DNA from: an uncultured Gammaproteobacteria bacterium | GTDB taxonomy: Bacteria; Patescibacteriota; Microgenomatia; Levybacterales; UBA12049 | Assembly: GCA_964603935.1 (NCBI GenBank) | Contig: CAZRWL010000002.1 | Span: 9,210 to 73,209, forward strand | DNA length: 64,000 nt | Direction: 5' to 3' | Shown: positions 31,075-40,028 of the stretch, piece after piece | Layout of the letters: each line of letters starts with the position of its first letter | Numbering within the stretch: the first letter of the stretch is position 1 | Notes under the pieces: generated by a model | Databases searched by the model: none | Seen by the model: the letters and a program-made list of their open reading frames with translations, nothing else | Told to the model about the DNA's origin: nothing | Translations under genes and position numbers: made by a program

Positions 31075-33543
31075 ATGAATTTATTCTCTCAGATAAAAGA
31101 AAAGACTTCCTTTCAATGGAAGAACTTATATGTCTCAAAACGCAATATTATCATTGTGTCTGTAAGTCTAGTTCTAGCTATCATTACCCTATCCATTCCA
31201 ACATATATACTTCCGGCAACTAAAGAGTATGTGCAAGCACAGCAAGTGAAGAAAGATGCAAAAGATTTACAAAAACACCTTCAAACAGCCTCTAGTAAAC
31301 TAGAGGAGCTAACAGAACTCAGACGCACATCTCCGTTTAAAACAAAAATTCAAAGTAATAATAATTCAAGTAACAAAAATGATTTAGCAATTGTCGCTGT
31401 TGCATATGCGCAATCTCCTTATGACGCATCTCAGCTTCAATCATACATTCGACATGCAGAGCAAACAACTACACTAAGTAACGAACTATTAAGTGAGATC
31501 GAAGCAATAAAAGAAAATACGGTAAAACTCCAACAGGAAGCAGGTAATCCCAACCGTTATGTTGATGAGCATTTATATGCAGAGGCATTGCAGGAAGTTA
31601 AAGAAACAGACAATACAATTAAAGCCACGTATGAACTAGCTACCTTTTATTCAGAATATGGAAAAGCTTCTGCTTTATTTGCGACAGGTATTGCACTAGT
31701 TGAAATCCAACTTCAGCAAAAACAGGAAGTCCAAAATTCAGTAGTAGTTGCGCAAAAACAGCTCCAAGATGCAAATGAAATATTAGCATCTATTAACAAA
31801 AATGAAGCATTTCCAGAAGACTTACGAACAGTGAGCAGTCAAACACAACAAGCATATACTCAGTTATCTCAAGCTCTCTCTCAACTTATATCAGTATCAA
31901 AGAAAAATCCTGATACGCAAGTTGTATACGTACAACAAGAAATTGTTGGCCAGTTGGCTATAGATTATGAGAAATGGAGAGAAATAGAATCTCAAGTATT
32001 GGATCAAGATACGATAAATCGATTTAATGCCAAAGCAAAAGAGCTTTCCCAAAAGATCGAACAGGCAAATCAGAACCAAGTCTCAAATCTTCAGGTAGTT
32101 CTCAAAGTTTTTACCAAAGAAGAAGCGGTTAACCTTTCATCTAAACCTTCGGGATTTCAAACATTTAGGGGATTTCATATCGATAATTCTAACAATCCAA
32201 TAGCCTTACCCGGACAAAAAGTAACAATTACCAATAAAAAGACGGGCGAAGCTGTCTCAACAACTGACACGCCAAATTTCTTTGCTCACAATCTTACCCC
32301 TGGTGTTATGTATCGAGTAGTCGCAGATCCAATTCCGGGCTATCAAATTTCAAATATGGTCTGTTACAATTGTAGCTCCCCAGCAGCCTATTCCTATAAT
32401 AATGGTAATGTTTTTGAGATTGATATTCCTGAAAATACCTATTATGGTGTTTATTTCAAATACATAAAAGGTGATAATGCACAACGATTGCCCACTACCT
32501 CTCCAATACAGATAGACGATTTAGGAATTTCCATAAGCGGCATACGAACAAACCTTGCAATAAAAGCGGGAGAATCCCAGCCTGCATTCACAATTACATC
32601 AACTGGATCTTCTGGAATCTCAATGTATGGATATCCCACAACCTATGGCCCTGGAATTAATTGGAATATAAGCTCAGCAGGCCTTACTGCTGGCCGATCA
32701 ATTGAGATAAAAGTGCAAGTTAATAATAATATTCCAGCAGGCACATATAAAGGAAGCGCCATTATTATTAGTTACCCATCCCAAAAACGTTATACTATAC
32801 CTAATATTGAAGTTACTGTACAAAAAGAAACAACTACTAATCCTACACCAACTTCCGGTTCTAACTCTGATACAACTCCCACACCTACATCAGGAGGTAC
32901 AACATCACCTACCCCTACCCCAGCACAGGCTCCATTTGGCCTTCAAGCAAGTGCTTCTTCCGTAAACCTTACCATAGAAGAAGGAAAAAGCACTAAGGCA
33001 TTTGATATAACTTCTACTGGCGCAACACAATTTTCTCTATACGGATACCCAACAAATTACGGTCCAGGCATAAACTGGTCAGTTTCTTCCGGTGGGATAT
33101 CAAATGGACAAAGTGTACCAGTAGAGATTTCAGTAAATAGCGGTATTAATCCTGGCACGTATTCTGGAAATGCAATTGTTAAAGATCAATCGGGAGCACA
33201 AATTTCTATTCCAGTAAAAGTTACTGTTGTTCGCACGCAAGTTTCACGCTTTGTAAAAGTAACCTCCCCAAATGGCGGTGAAGCACTCAAGGTTGGAGAT
33301 AAAGTTAATATCTCTTGGGAAGGAAATGATATTGATAAGTGTAATGTAGGCTATTCATTCGGCCTGGGATCGTTAAATAATATAAATCCCAATGTATCTA
33401 CGACAGGGAATGGCTCTTATGAGTGGACTGTAAATATTGGTAATACTGCCAATACACAAGTTAAAATCGATCTGTTGTGCTACAAAACAGGAGTTGGACA
33501 AGTAAGTGATCAATCTGACAACTTCTTTACTGTAAATCCATAG
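31075..33543 (+). CDS. Large membrane-anchored surface protein (coiled-coil stalk, repeated Ig-like beta domains, PT linker)
   Basis: N-terminal TM; Q/E/A-rich helical region; two ~70-aa repeats (YGYPT.YGPGINW...GTY.G.AI) flanking a TPTPT linker; C-terminal SPNGGE Ig-like module. Confidence 0.7.
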   Translation: MNLFSQIKEKTSFQWKNLYVSKRNIIIVSVSLVLAIITLSIPTYILPATKEYVQAQQVKKDAKDLQKHLQTASSKLEELTELRRTSPFKTKIQSNNNSSNKNDLAIVAVAYAQSPYDASQLQSYIRHAEQTTTLSNELLSEIEAIKENTVKLQQEAGNPNRYVDEHLYAEALQEVKETDNTIKATYELATFYSEYGKASALFATGIALVEIQLQQKQEVQNSVVVAQKQLQDANEILASINKNEAFPEDLRTVSSQTQQAYTQLSQALSQLISVSKKNPDTQVVYVQQEIVGQLAIDYEKWREIESQVLDQDTINRFNAKAKELSQKIEQANQNQVSNLQVVLKVFTKEEAVNLSSKPSGFQTFRGFHIDNSNNPIALPGQKVTITNKKTGEAVSTTDTPNFFAHNLTPGVMYRVVADPIPGYQISNMVCYNCSSPAAYSYNNGNVFEIDIPENTYYGVYFKYIKGDNAQRLPTTSPIQIDDLGISISGIRTNLAIKAGESQPAFTITSTGSSGISMYGYPTTYGPGINWNISSAGLTAGRSIEIKVQVNNNIPAGTYKGSAIIISYPSQKRYTIPNIEVTVQKETTTNPTPTSGSNSDTTPTPTSGGTTSPTPTPAQAPFGLQASASSVNLTIEEGKSTKAFDITSTGATQFSLYGYPTNYGPGINWSVSSGGISNGQSVPVEISVNSGINPGTYSGNAIVKDQSGAQISIPVKVTVVRTQVSRFVKVTSPNGGEALKVGDKVNISWEGNDIDKCNVGYSFGLGSLNNINPNVSTTGNGSYEWTVNIGNTANTQVKIDLLCYKTGVGQVSDQSDNFFTVNP

Positions 33544-33608
33544 CCTATACTTATTATATTAGAGCCAAGATGCGCAAACCAGACCTACGCTATTTCTTGC
33601 ATGCCGGC

Positions 33609-33644
33609 AAAAAAAAGGAGCCTGGTCTTCGGCCAGGACTCCTT
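33609..33644 (-). terminator. Intrinsic terminator-like hairpin
   Basis: Minus strand AAGGAGTCCTGGCCGAAGACCAGGCTCC followed by T8. Confidence 0.7.
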
Positions 33645-33665
33645 AAACCTGTCCTTATCATATTT

Positions 33666-33875
33666 CTAGACAACTCTTGATGCTAAAACATTCTGAAAAT
33701 CATGCAGAAAAGTTTTTTTATAAACTTTTTCTGCAAGCGATATTGCCTTTACCAAAGTCCCATATCCTCTTAAAACAAACGACAATGATATTGTCCTTTC
33801 CCTGCCTAATCCGGAGTATGGCTTGGCGACGATTCCTTGCATTACCTGATTCATACAAAAACAGTTTAACTTCAT
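33666..33875 (-). CDS. Possible small hypothetical protein
   Basis: 69-aa ORF ending 21 nt before a terminator on the same strand; no recognisable motif. Confidence 0.3.
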   Translation of the reverse strand: MKLNCFCMNQVMQGIVAKPYSGLGRERTISLSFVLRGYGTLVKAISLAEKVYKKTFLHDFQNVLASRVV

Positions 33876-33978
33876 AATTTATTTATTTCAGTAATCCAAA
33901 AAGCAAAAATTTTGTTAAATAAATCACATTATTAAGATTGACAAGCGTATATTTTTTATATTATAAATAAATACCTAC

Positions 33979-35286
33979 GTGAATAAAATAAAATTTACTA
34001 TACTTATCCTCGTACTTCTTCTCGGCGTAATTCTAAAATTGCACAATTATTCTATCTACCCGCAAAGAGGAGCGACAAGCGATGAATATTCTTATTCTTT
34101 TCAAGGCGTAAGCCTTCTAACCAAAGGAGTTCCCATTTCCTGGTCTTCTTTTACCCAGTACAAAAATTTAAGGCACTTAACTATTGAAAAACTTTATTTC
34201 CCAATAGTATATCCTTATTTTGACCATACCCCTTTGAATGGAATTGTTACAGGTGCATGGGCAGTAGCTTTCGGAGAAAATACTTTTGAAAAAATTCAAC
34301 TCAAAACCATACGCATTGTTCCAATTGCTTTTTCGACAATATCATCCCTTCTGGTATTTTTAATTGGCGTTAAGTTATTTAATTATAAAACAGCAATTTG
34401 GGCCCTTCTTATCTACACTACAACGGTAATTTTTGCAATTCATGGAAGGGTTGTTCTCGCGGAAAATCTAATTACACCCCTTCTTCTTGGCTCTATTTAC
34501 GCTTTCATAAATTTTTATAAAAAAATTAACATTCAAAAAACACTCATTCTTGGAACTTTAGCAGGCTTAACATTTTGGACTAAGGAATTGGGAGTTGTGA
34601 CTTTTCTTACCCTTTTATACTTTTACTTTTCCGAGAAATTAAAAACAAAATATACGGCTCTGCTTATAATTACATTCCTATCTCTTGTCGGATTGTACAT
34701 TACATATGGGATATATTTCGATGCAGAGGTTTTTTGGAAAATTTTAAACCAGCAGTCCGCAAGAATTATCGGTCCGGACACACTTCCCTACATCCTCTCA
34801 AATCCTATTATTGTAAATAAATTTTACGATGACGGATGGTATTTTTTTGGATTCTTTGCCTTTTTTGCTTCATTTTTTCACTACAAAGAATTAAAATTCA
34901 TAATTGTTCCGGCAACTGCTTATTTTCTTCTTTTACTGTTCTCTTTAACGGAAAAAGGAGAGATGGGGTGGTATATTATCCCTCTTTTTCCCTTTATGTC
35001 TCTTTTTATGGCAAAGTTTTTGGTTGAGCAGGTGCAAAAGATAGGATTTGGCACATTTCCGCTTTTGATTTTTGTTGGGCTCTATCTCCTAGAATATGTG
35101 TATGAAGCAAGTTTTGGGCTAACTCCTTTACAATTTAGAATCGGGTTACTTATTCTTTTTTTACCAATCATGTTAACGGTAATATTCAAAAAAGAAAAAG
35201 CTTATAAATTCTTATCCCATTTCTGGTTTTATGCATTTATAGCGGCAAATATTCTATTGACCTACAACTACATCCACCCCTCCTAA
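33979..35286 (+). CDS. GT-C glycosyltransferase (ArnT/PMT-like)
   Basis: SDE loop, FDHTPL, AEN, GLTFWTK; multi-TM; TTGACA at 33938 upstream. Confidence 0.75.
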   Translation: MNKIKFTILILVLLLGVILKLHNYSIYPQRGATSDEYSYSFQGVSLLTKGVPISWSSFTQYKNLRHLTIEKLYFPIVYPYFDHTPLNGIVTGAWAVAFGENTFEKIQLKTIRIVPIAFSTISSLLVFLIGVKLFNYKTAIWALLIYTTTVIFAIHGRVVLAENLITPLLLGSIYAFINFYKKINIQKTLILGTLAGLTFWTKELGVVTFLTLLYFYFSEKLKTKYTALLIITFLSLVGLYITYGIYFDAEVFWKILNQQSARIIGPDTLPYILSNPIIVNKFYDDGWYFFGFFAFFASFFHYKELKFIIVPATAYFLLLLFSLTEKGEMGWYIIPLFPFMSLFMAKFLVEQVQKIGFGTFPLLIFVGLYLLEYVYEASFGLTPLQFRIGLLILFLPIMLTVIFKKEKAYKFLSHFWFYAFIAANILLTYNYIHPS

Positions 35287-35426
35287 TTCCTCTGCCCTAA
35301 GAATAACGGGGATTCCTGCGACAAAGCCTTTCTTTAAAGCTAATTTCTACCTGAACATCTTAAAAAAATATTACCTTTTTAAGCCTTCAAGAGCAATATA
35401 GACTTTCTAAGAAGAAAGGTCAAGGA

Positions 35427-35816
35427 TTAAGAAATTTGGAAGAACTCTAAGATTGGCTTAAGATGATCTTGAATATATTTATTTACCTGAGTATCCGTAA
35501 AATAATCTTTAGCTAAATTGTTACCAATACCCTCTAAATATCTTGACTCCTTACTTCTTATAAATAGAAAGTTATAATGTTTATGAATTTCCCTATCCCA
35601 CATGGCCAATATTTTTTCTCTCAAAGAATATAAGGATTCATTTGTCCGTTTCGCTCTCCAATACGGATCTCTATTCGTTAGACCTGCGTCAATTGCATGC
35701 AATGCAGCGTAAAATGCTACGGTCAATTTCCAGTCCCTATAATTAGAATCTGTTATGGAATCCAAAAATGATTTATTGTGAGAAGACTGCTTTCTGTGGA
35801 TTTGTTCTAATGGCAT
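35427..35816 (-). CDS. HEPN domain protein (putative RNase toxin)
   Basis: W...AFYAALHAIDA.L helix and RSKESRY (R-x4-RY) motif, ~130 aa all-alpha pattern. Confidence 0.7.
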   Translation of the reverse strand: MPLEQIHRKQSSHNKSFLDSITDSNYRDWKLTVAFYAALHAIDAGLTNRDPYWRAKRTNESLYSLREKILAMWDREIHKHYNFLFIRSKESRYLEGIGNNLAKDYFTDTQVNKYIQDHLKPILEFFQIS

Positions 35817-35818
35817 AA

Positions 35819-36142
35819 CTAGAATATTTTATAATCGTTATCTGTCTCCGCAAATTGCTCTTCTTGAACATATTCAAAATTAAATGCAAAAGAGTAATTG
35901 AATCTCTCGTGAACATTAGCCTGAGCATCTATCAACTTACTTAGCTCTCTGTCAGAAGCTCTATTTTTTAATATAACTTTAACTATTATATCGTCGTGAT
36001 AAATCTGTAAGTATATATTTTTTATTATATTTATACCCCTATATATTTCCTTAATTATGGAACCCAAATCTCTCGTTGAGTATGTTTCAGAATGAACACT
36101 TATGGGAGTTGTCGTATTGGGATCTATTGTAAATGTTTGCAT
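35819..36142 (-). CDS. Hypothetical protein, degenerate minimal nucleotidyltransferase (MNT)-like putative antitoxin
   Basis: Directly upstream of HEPN. Helix-IKNIY-strand-DIIVKVIL-helix-FNFEYV pattern; lacks the GS/DxD catalytic motif. Confidence 0.45.
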   Translation of the reverse strand: MQTFTIDPNTTTPISVHSETYSTRDLGSIIKEIYRGINIIKNIYLQIYHDDIIVKVILKNRASDRELSKLIDAQANVHERFNYSFAFNFEYVQEEQFAETDNDYKIF

Positions 36143-36144
36143 AT

Positions 36145-36414
36145 TTATTCCTTTATACTTTTGCCCATCTGAGCTTCCAATATTAACCTCAATTCTCTTG
36201 CAATATTCAAGGGTATTGTAACTCTTGAAACTAACATGCCTATCTGGTTACCCTTTTCATCTTTATCATTGGGATGAACATTTACAAAGTCAAACATAAC
36301 TTCTTGATTCGATGTTGAAGTAACCGATACGATATTTGCATGATGACTTTTTCTTATTTCATCACTTGCTTTTACTATTAAATTTACCTTTTGAGGCGTC
36401 TTAATATTGCTCAC
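36145..36414 (-). CDS. DUF3467-like small protein
   Basis: HANIVSV...EVMFDF...VSRVTIP...ARELR..L pattern. GTG start at 36414 is 7 nt below an extended -10 (TGCTATAAT). Confidence 0.65.
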   Translation of the reverse strand: MSNIKTPQKVNLIVKASDEIRKSHHANIVSVTSTSNQEVMFDFVNVHPNDKDEKGNQIGMLVSRVTIPLNIARELRLILEAQMGKSIKE

Positions 36415-36493
36415 GGACACATTATAGCACATCTATTAATTAGCGAGAATGCAATGGTTAATTTACGACGTGGTTTTGAGGCGAGAGAAATTA

Positions 36494-37030
36494 TTACCTG
36501 GATTTGATAAAAGGCAGTAAATCTTCTTTCTTCAGCAGTGTTGACTCCGAACAAAAACTTACCATTCCAACGCTTGGTTTGTGAGAAAAACCTATATATT
36601 CTACGATTTTACCTTTTTCGCGCGCCTTTTTGATTGCCGGGGCTAAATCTGTATCGGAGGAAACAAGAATAATTCGGTCAGATGTATTCTCATAGACAGC
36701 TACCAACATATCTACTGCGATTTGCACATCAACGCCTTTCTCATGGTAAACGCCACTACTTTTTAACAGATATCCAAATTGGTAAGAAACTTTATGCTTC
36801 TTGAGTTTTCCCAATAATTTCTGTTGAGCGTCAAACAATTTTTCTGTCTTTGCCGATCCGTCTTGTCTTATCCGACCAACATAATAACATACGCTAACAA
36901 TATTATTAAGCCGAGCAATATAGCTAGCAAATTTGTTGAAATTAAACGAAAGAAGATTATGAAGTTTTAAATCCTTAAGCTTGAAATAAAAATTGCTTCC
37001 GTCAATGAGAATTACACATTTTTGTTTCAT
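36494..37030 (-). CDS. NYN domain (LabA/DUF88, PIN-like) putative RNase
   Basis: IDGSNFY, EKGVDVQIAVDML, LVSSDTDL motifs with conserved acidic residues. Confidence 0.9.
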   Translation of the reverse strand: MKQKCVILIDGSNFYFKLKDLKLHNLLSFNFNKFASYIARLNNIVSVCYYVGRIRQDGSAKTEKLFDAQQKLLGKLKKHKVSYQFGYLLKSSGVYHEKGVDVQIAVDMLVAVYENTSDRIILVSSDTDLAPAIKKAREKGKIVEYIGFSHKPSVGMVSFCSESTLLKKEDLLPFIKSR

Positions 37031-37046
37031 CCATTGATTCTACAGC

Positions 37047-37087
37047 AAAAAATAAAGCCCTGCAAATGTCTTACGACCTCACAGGGC
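37047..37087 (-). terminator. Hairpin with GNRA loop plus U-tract between ftsZ and the NYN gene
   Basis: GCCCTG-TGAG-GTC-GTAA-GAC-ATTTG-CAGGGC followed by TTTATTTTTT. Confidence 0.7.
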
Positions 37088-37161
37088 GATTTAGTATCTA
37101 AATACTAGCATAAACGTGGCAGTTTAGTCAATAGATAAAATGCGAAAAATTAGTTTTGATG

Positions 37162-38280
37162 TTAGTTGCGTTGCCTTAAAAATGCGGGAATGTCCCAAGC
37201 GTCGTCGCTATTGCCGTCAAGAGGCGCTTCCTGCGGACTTGGCGCTTGGCCATCATCCTTTGCTAATTCCTGTTTCGGCACGGCATTATTTATTATAGGC
37301 TTGACGAACTCCTTAAGAGTTTGACGCGTGTGATCGAAGCCTGTCGCGATAACGGCAATTTTAATTTGATCGTGCATGGCTTCATCAATTGTGGCTCCAA
37401 AAATAATATTTGCATCCGGGTCCGCAGCGCTGGAAATAATCTTTGCAGCATCATCCACCTCAGTCATTGTCAAATCAGGTCCGCCTGTAATATTGAACAA
37501 AACTCCCCTTGCCCCATCCATAGATATTTCAAGAAGAGGAGATGCAACCGCAGATCTTGCTGCAATCTGAGCTCTGTTTTCTCCGGATCCGGTACCTATT
37601 CCCATCAAAGCAGACCCGGCGCTGCTCATAATAGCTTTTACATCGGCAAAATCAACATTTATAAGTCCCGGAATAGTAATCAAGTCGGAAATTCCCTGAA
37701 CACCTTGAGACAAGACAGAATCTGCAACGCCAAAAGCCTCCAGCAAAGACACTTTTTTATCCACAACATCTAAAATTCTCTGATTAGGAATAACAATAAG
37801 AGTATCTACTTTCTCCCGAAGAGCTTCTATTCCATCTTCTGCCGCAACCATACGTCTGGTTCCCTCGAAAGCAAAAGGCTTGGTTACAACCGCAACTGTT
37901 AACGCTCCTATTTCTTTAGCCGCCCTAGCAATTACCGCGCTTGCTCCTGTTCCCGTTCCACCTCCCATACCCGCAGTTATAAAAACCATGTCCGACCCAT
38001 CAATAAATTCTTTTATTTTTTCGTAAGATTCTTCTGCAGCTTGTCTGCCTACTTCGGGATTGCCCCCTGACCCCAAACCCTTAGTGAGATTTTCTCCGAT
38101 TTGAATTTTGGTTGAGGCTTTTGACAAAAGAAGAACTTGAGCATCCGTATTAACGGAAATAAAATCAACGCCTTTTACAAGACTCGTAACAATCATGGAA
38201 TTAAGAGCATTCATTCCTCCGCCGCCAACTCCCAAGACTCGGATTTTCGCAAAATTTGTGGTTTGGGGTTTAATTAACAT
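37162..38280 (-). CDS. ftsZ: Cell division protein FtsZ
   Basis: [16 protein letters not shown] tubulin motif, C-terminal DIPAFLR. Confidence 0.98.
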   Translation of the reverse strand: MLIKPQTTNFAKIRVLGVGGGGMNALNSMIVTSLVKGVDFISVNTDAQVLLLSKASTKIQIGENLTKGLGSGGNPEVGRQAAEESYEKIKEFIDGSDMVFITAGMGGGTGTGASAVIARAAKEIGALTVAVVTKPFAFEGTRRMVAAEDGIEALREKVDTLIVIPNQRILDVVDKKVSLLEAFGVADSVLSQGVQGISDLITIPGLINVDFADVKAIMSSAGSALMGIGTGSGENRAQIAARSAVASPLLEISMDGARGVLFNITGGPDLTMTEVDDAAKIISSAADPDANIIFGATIDEAMHDQIKIAVIATGFDHTRQTLKEFVKPIINNAVPKQELAKDDGQAPSPQEAPLDGNSDDAWDIPAFLRQRN

Positions 38281-38336
38281 ATGTTTTTAATCTCACCTAT
38301 CCTAACACCCAATTTTTCAAAAGTCAATGCAACAGT

Positions 38337-39629
38337 TTAGGGCATGAAGGATTTAGCGAAATTAATAACCCGGCTTATTACTTTATTAAAACCCAAATTC
38401 CCAATATTGGGAATGCTTATCCCAAAAGGCAAAGATTGCTTAATGTCCAAAGTTCGCCCAAAAACCGCAAGACCTACAACTGTTGCAAAAGCAGGAGTTT
38501 GTATTTCGTCTATCAATCCTGTCATGTTGATTGGAATTCCTATCCTGACGGGCATTGCGAGCGTTCTTTTTGCGCTGTCTGTTATCCCAACTGTCAGGGC
38601 TCCGCCTCCTGTTATCACGATTCCCGAGGGGGTTTGACCGGCATAACCTGATCTTTTAATTTCCATTCCTATCATTGTAAAAAGCTCATTTAGTCTGGGT
38701 CTTATTATTCCATCTGTTAATGTTTTATGGGAAACTTTTCTGATATCTTCCGACAGACCAAGAGAGCTTAAGTCCAACTCGTCGGTATTTCTGGCTTCTT
38801 TCTCAAATGTTTCTCCCAATCTTTCGATTTTTGGTTTTTTAGATACATTAGATAAATATATTTTTATCTTTTCCGCGGATTCCAAGGAAATCCGAAGTCC
38901 AATTGCCAAATCATTTGTAATATGCCTGGCGCCAATAGGCAAAACCGAGGAATAGGCAACTGACCCATCGAAATAAATGGAAATATCCGTTGTCCCAGCC
39001 CCGATATCAACCAAAACAACACCCAATTCCTTTTCCGTATCGGACAAAACCGCAAGGCTTGAGGAGTATCCGCTAAAAACAACAGCATCCACATCTATTC
39101 CAACCTGCGAAAACGCTTTTTCCAAATTACTCAAAGACGTTGAGGCCGCGGAGATAATATGAGTATCTACCTCAAGCCTTATCCCTTTCATCCCGATTGG
39201 ATCTTTTATGCCCTCCTGACCGTCAACAGTGTAGTTCCTGGGCAAAACATGAATTATTTCTCTGCTTGACGGAAGGGATACGGCCTTCGCGGCATCTATC
39301 ACTCGGTTTAAATCGCTTTCCGCAACCTCTCCCTGACTTGAAGAAACAGCAACAACTCCCCGTGAATTTTGAGATTCGATATGGCTTCCACCGATTGACG
39401 CGACTATGCGGGAAACGGAATATCCGGCCATTCTTTCCGCGCTGTCAAGCGAATTATTGATGGAATCCACAGCCTCTTTTATGTCCACTATCTGACCTTT
39501 CTTAATTCCCTTTGAGGCAACTTCCGAAACTCCTAATACGTTTACCGAATCATCGCCGACTCTTGAAATGATGGTAACAATTTTTGAGGTTCCGATATCA
39601 ACACCTACAACTATTTTTCCGTCCAACAT
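38337..39629 (-). CDS. ftsA: Cell division protein FtsA
   Basis: GVDIGTSK, DIGAGTTD, ITGGGA; directly upstream of ftsZ. Confidence 0.97.
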   Translation of the reverse strand: MLDGKIVVGVDIGTSKIVTIISRVGDDSVNVLGVSEVASKGIKKGQIVDIKEAVDSINNSLDSAERMAGYSVSRIVASIGGSHIESQNSRGVVAVSSSQGEVAESDLNRVIDAAKAVSLPSSREIIHVLPRNYTVDGQEGIKDPIGMKGIRLEVDTHIISAASTSLSNLEKAFSQVGIDVDAVVFSGYSSSLAVLSDTEKELGVVLVDIGAGTTDISIYFDGSVAYSSVLPIGARHITNDLAIGLRISLESAEKIKIYLSNVSKKPKIERLGETFEKEARNTDELDLSSLGLSEDIRKVSHKTLTDGIIRPRLNELFTMIGMEIKRSGYAGQTPSGIVITGGGALTVGITDSAKRTLAMPVRIGIPINMTGLIDEIQTPAFATVVGLAVFGRTLDIKQSLPFGISIPNIGNLGFNKVISRVINFAKSFMP

Positions 39630-39635
39630 ACTTAT

Positions 39636-40028
39636 TTAAAAAGAAATAACGGGTTCTTTAAATCTTAAATCTATGCTTTTAAACGTCTTATCTTCTATTG
39701 TAAGCGCTCGCAGTATTCTTTGTAAAGAGGCTATTTGATTATCGATGTTTTTTTGAGAAGAAAGTTTAACTTGCCCATTATTCTGAATATTAATTACATA
39801 CGAAGAATCGAAAAAAGCAATGGAAGAAAATGAGATATTTTTTTCTTTCAGGATTTTTTCAATTTTTGCCGAATTTTCGCTTTTACCCAAAGGGGAAATA
39901 AGCTGCTGGTTTTTTAAAGAAAAAATTACATAAATAAAAAAACCTAAAAAAAGGAATAATTCAAATAGGAAAATCGTTTTTATTTTTTTCCTAAAAATCC
40001 TATTGCTGCGTTTTATCTTTACTAACAT
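39636..40028 (-). CDS. Minimal FtsQ/DivIB-like protein
   Basis: Single TM, C-terminal IDLRF motif, located between murG and ftsA. Confidence 0.65.
   Translation of the reverse strand: MLVKIKRSNRIFRKKIKTIFLFELFLFLGFFIYVIFSLKNQQLISPLGKSENSAKIEKILKEKNISFSSIAFFDSSYVINIQNNGQVKLSSQKNIDNQIASLQRILRALTIEDKTFKSIDLRFKEPVISF

Noticed and set aside
35287-35426. Possible gene remnant or weak hairpin between the GT-C and HEPN genes
   Set aside because: Too short and imperfect to assign from sequence alone.
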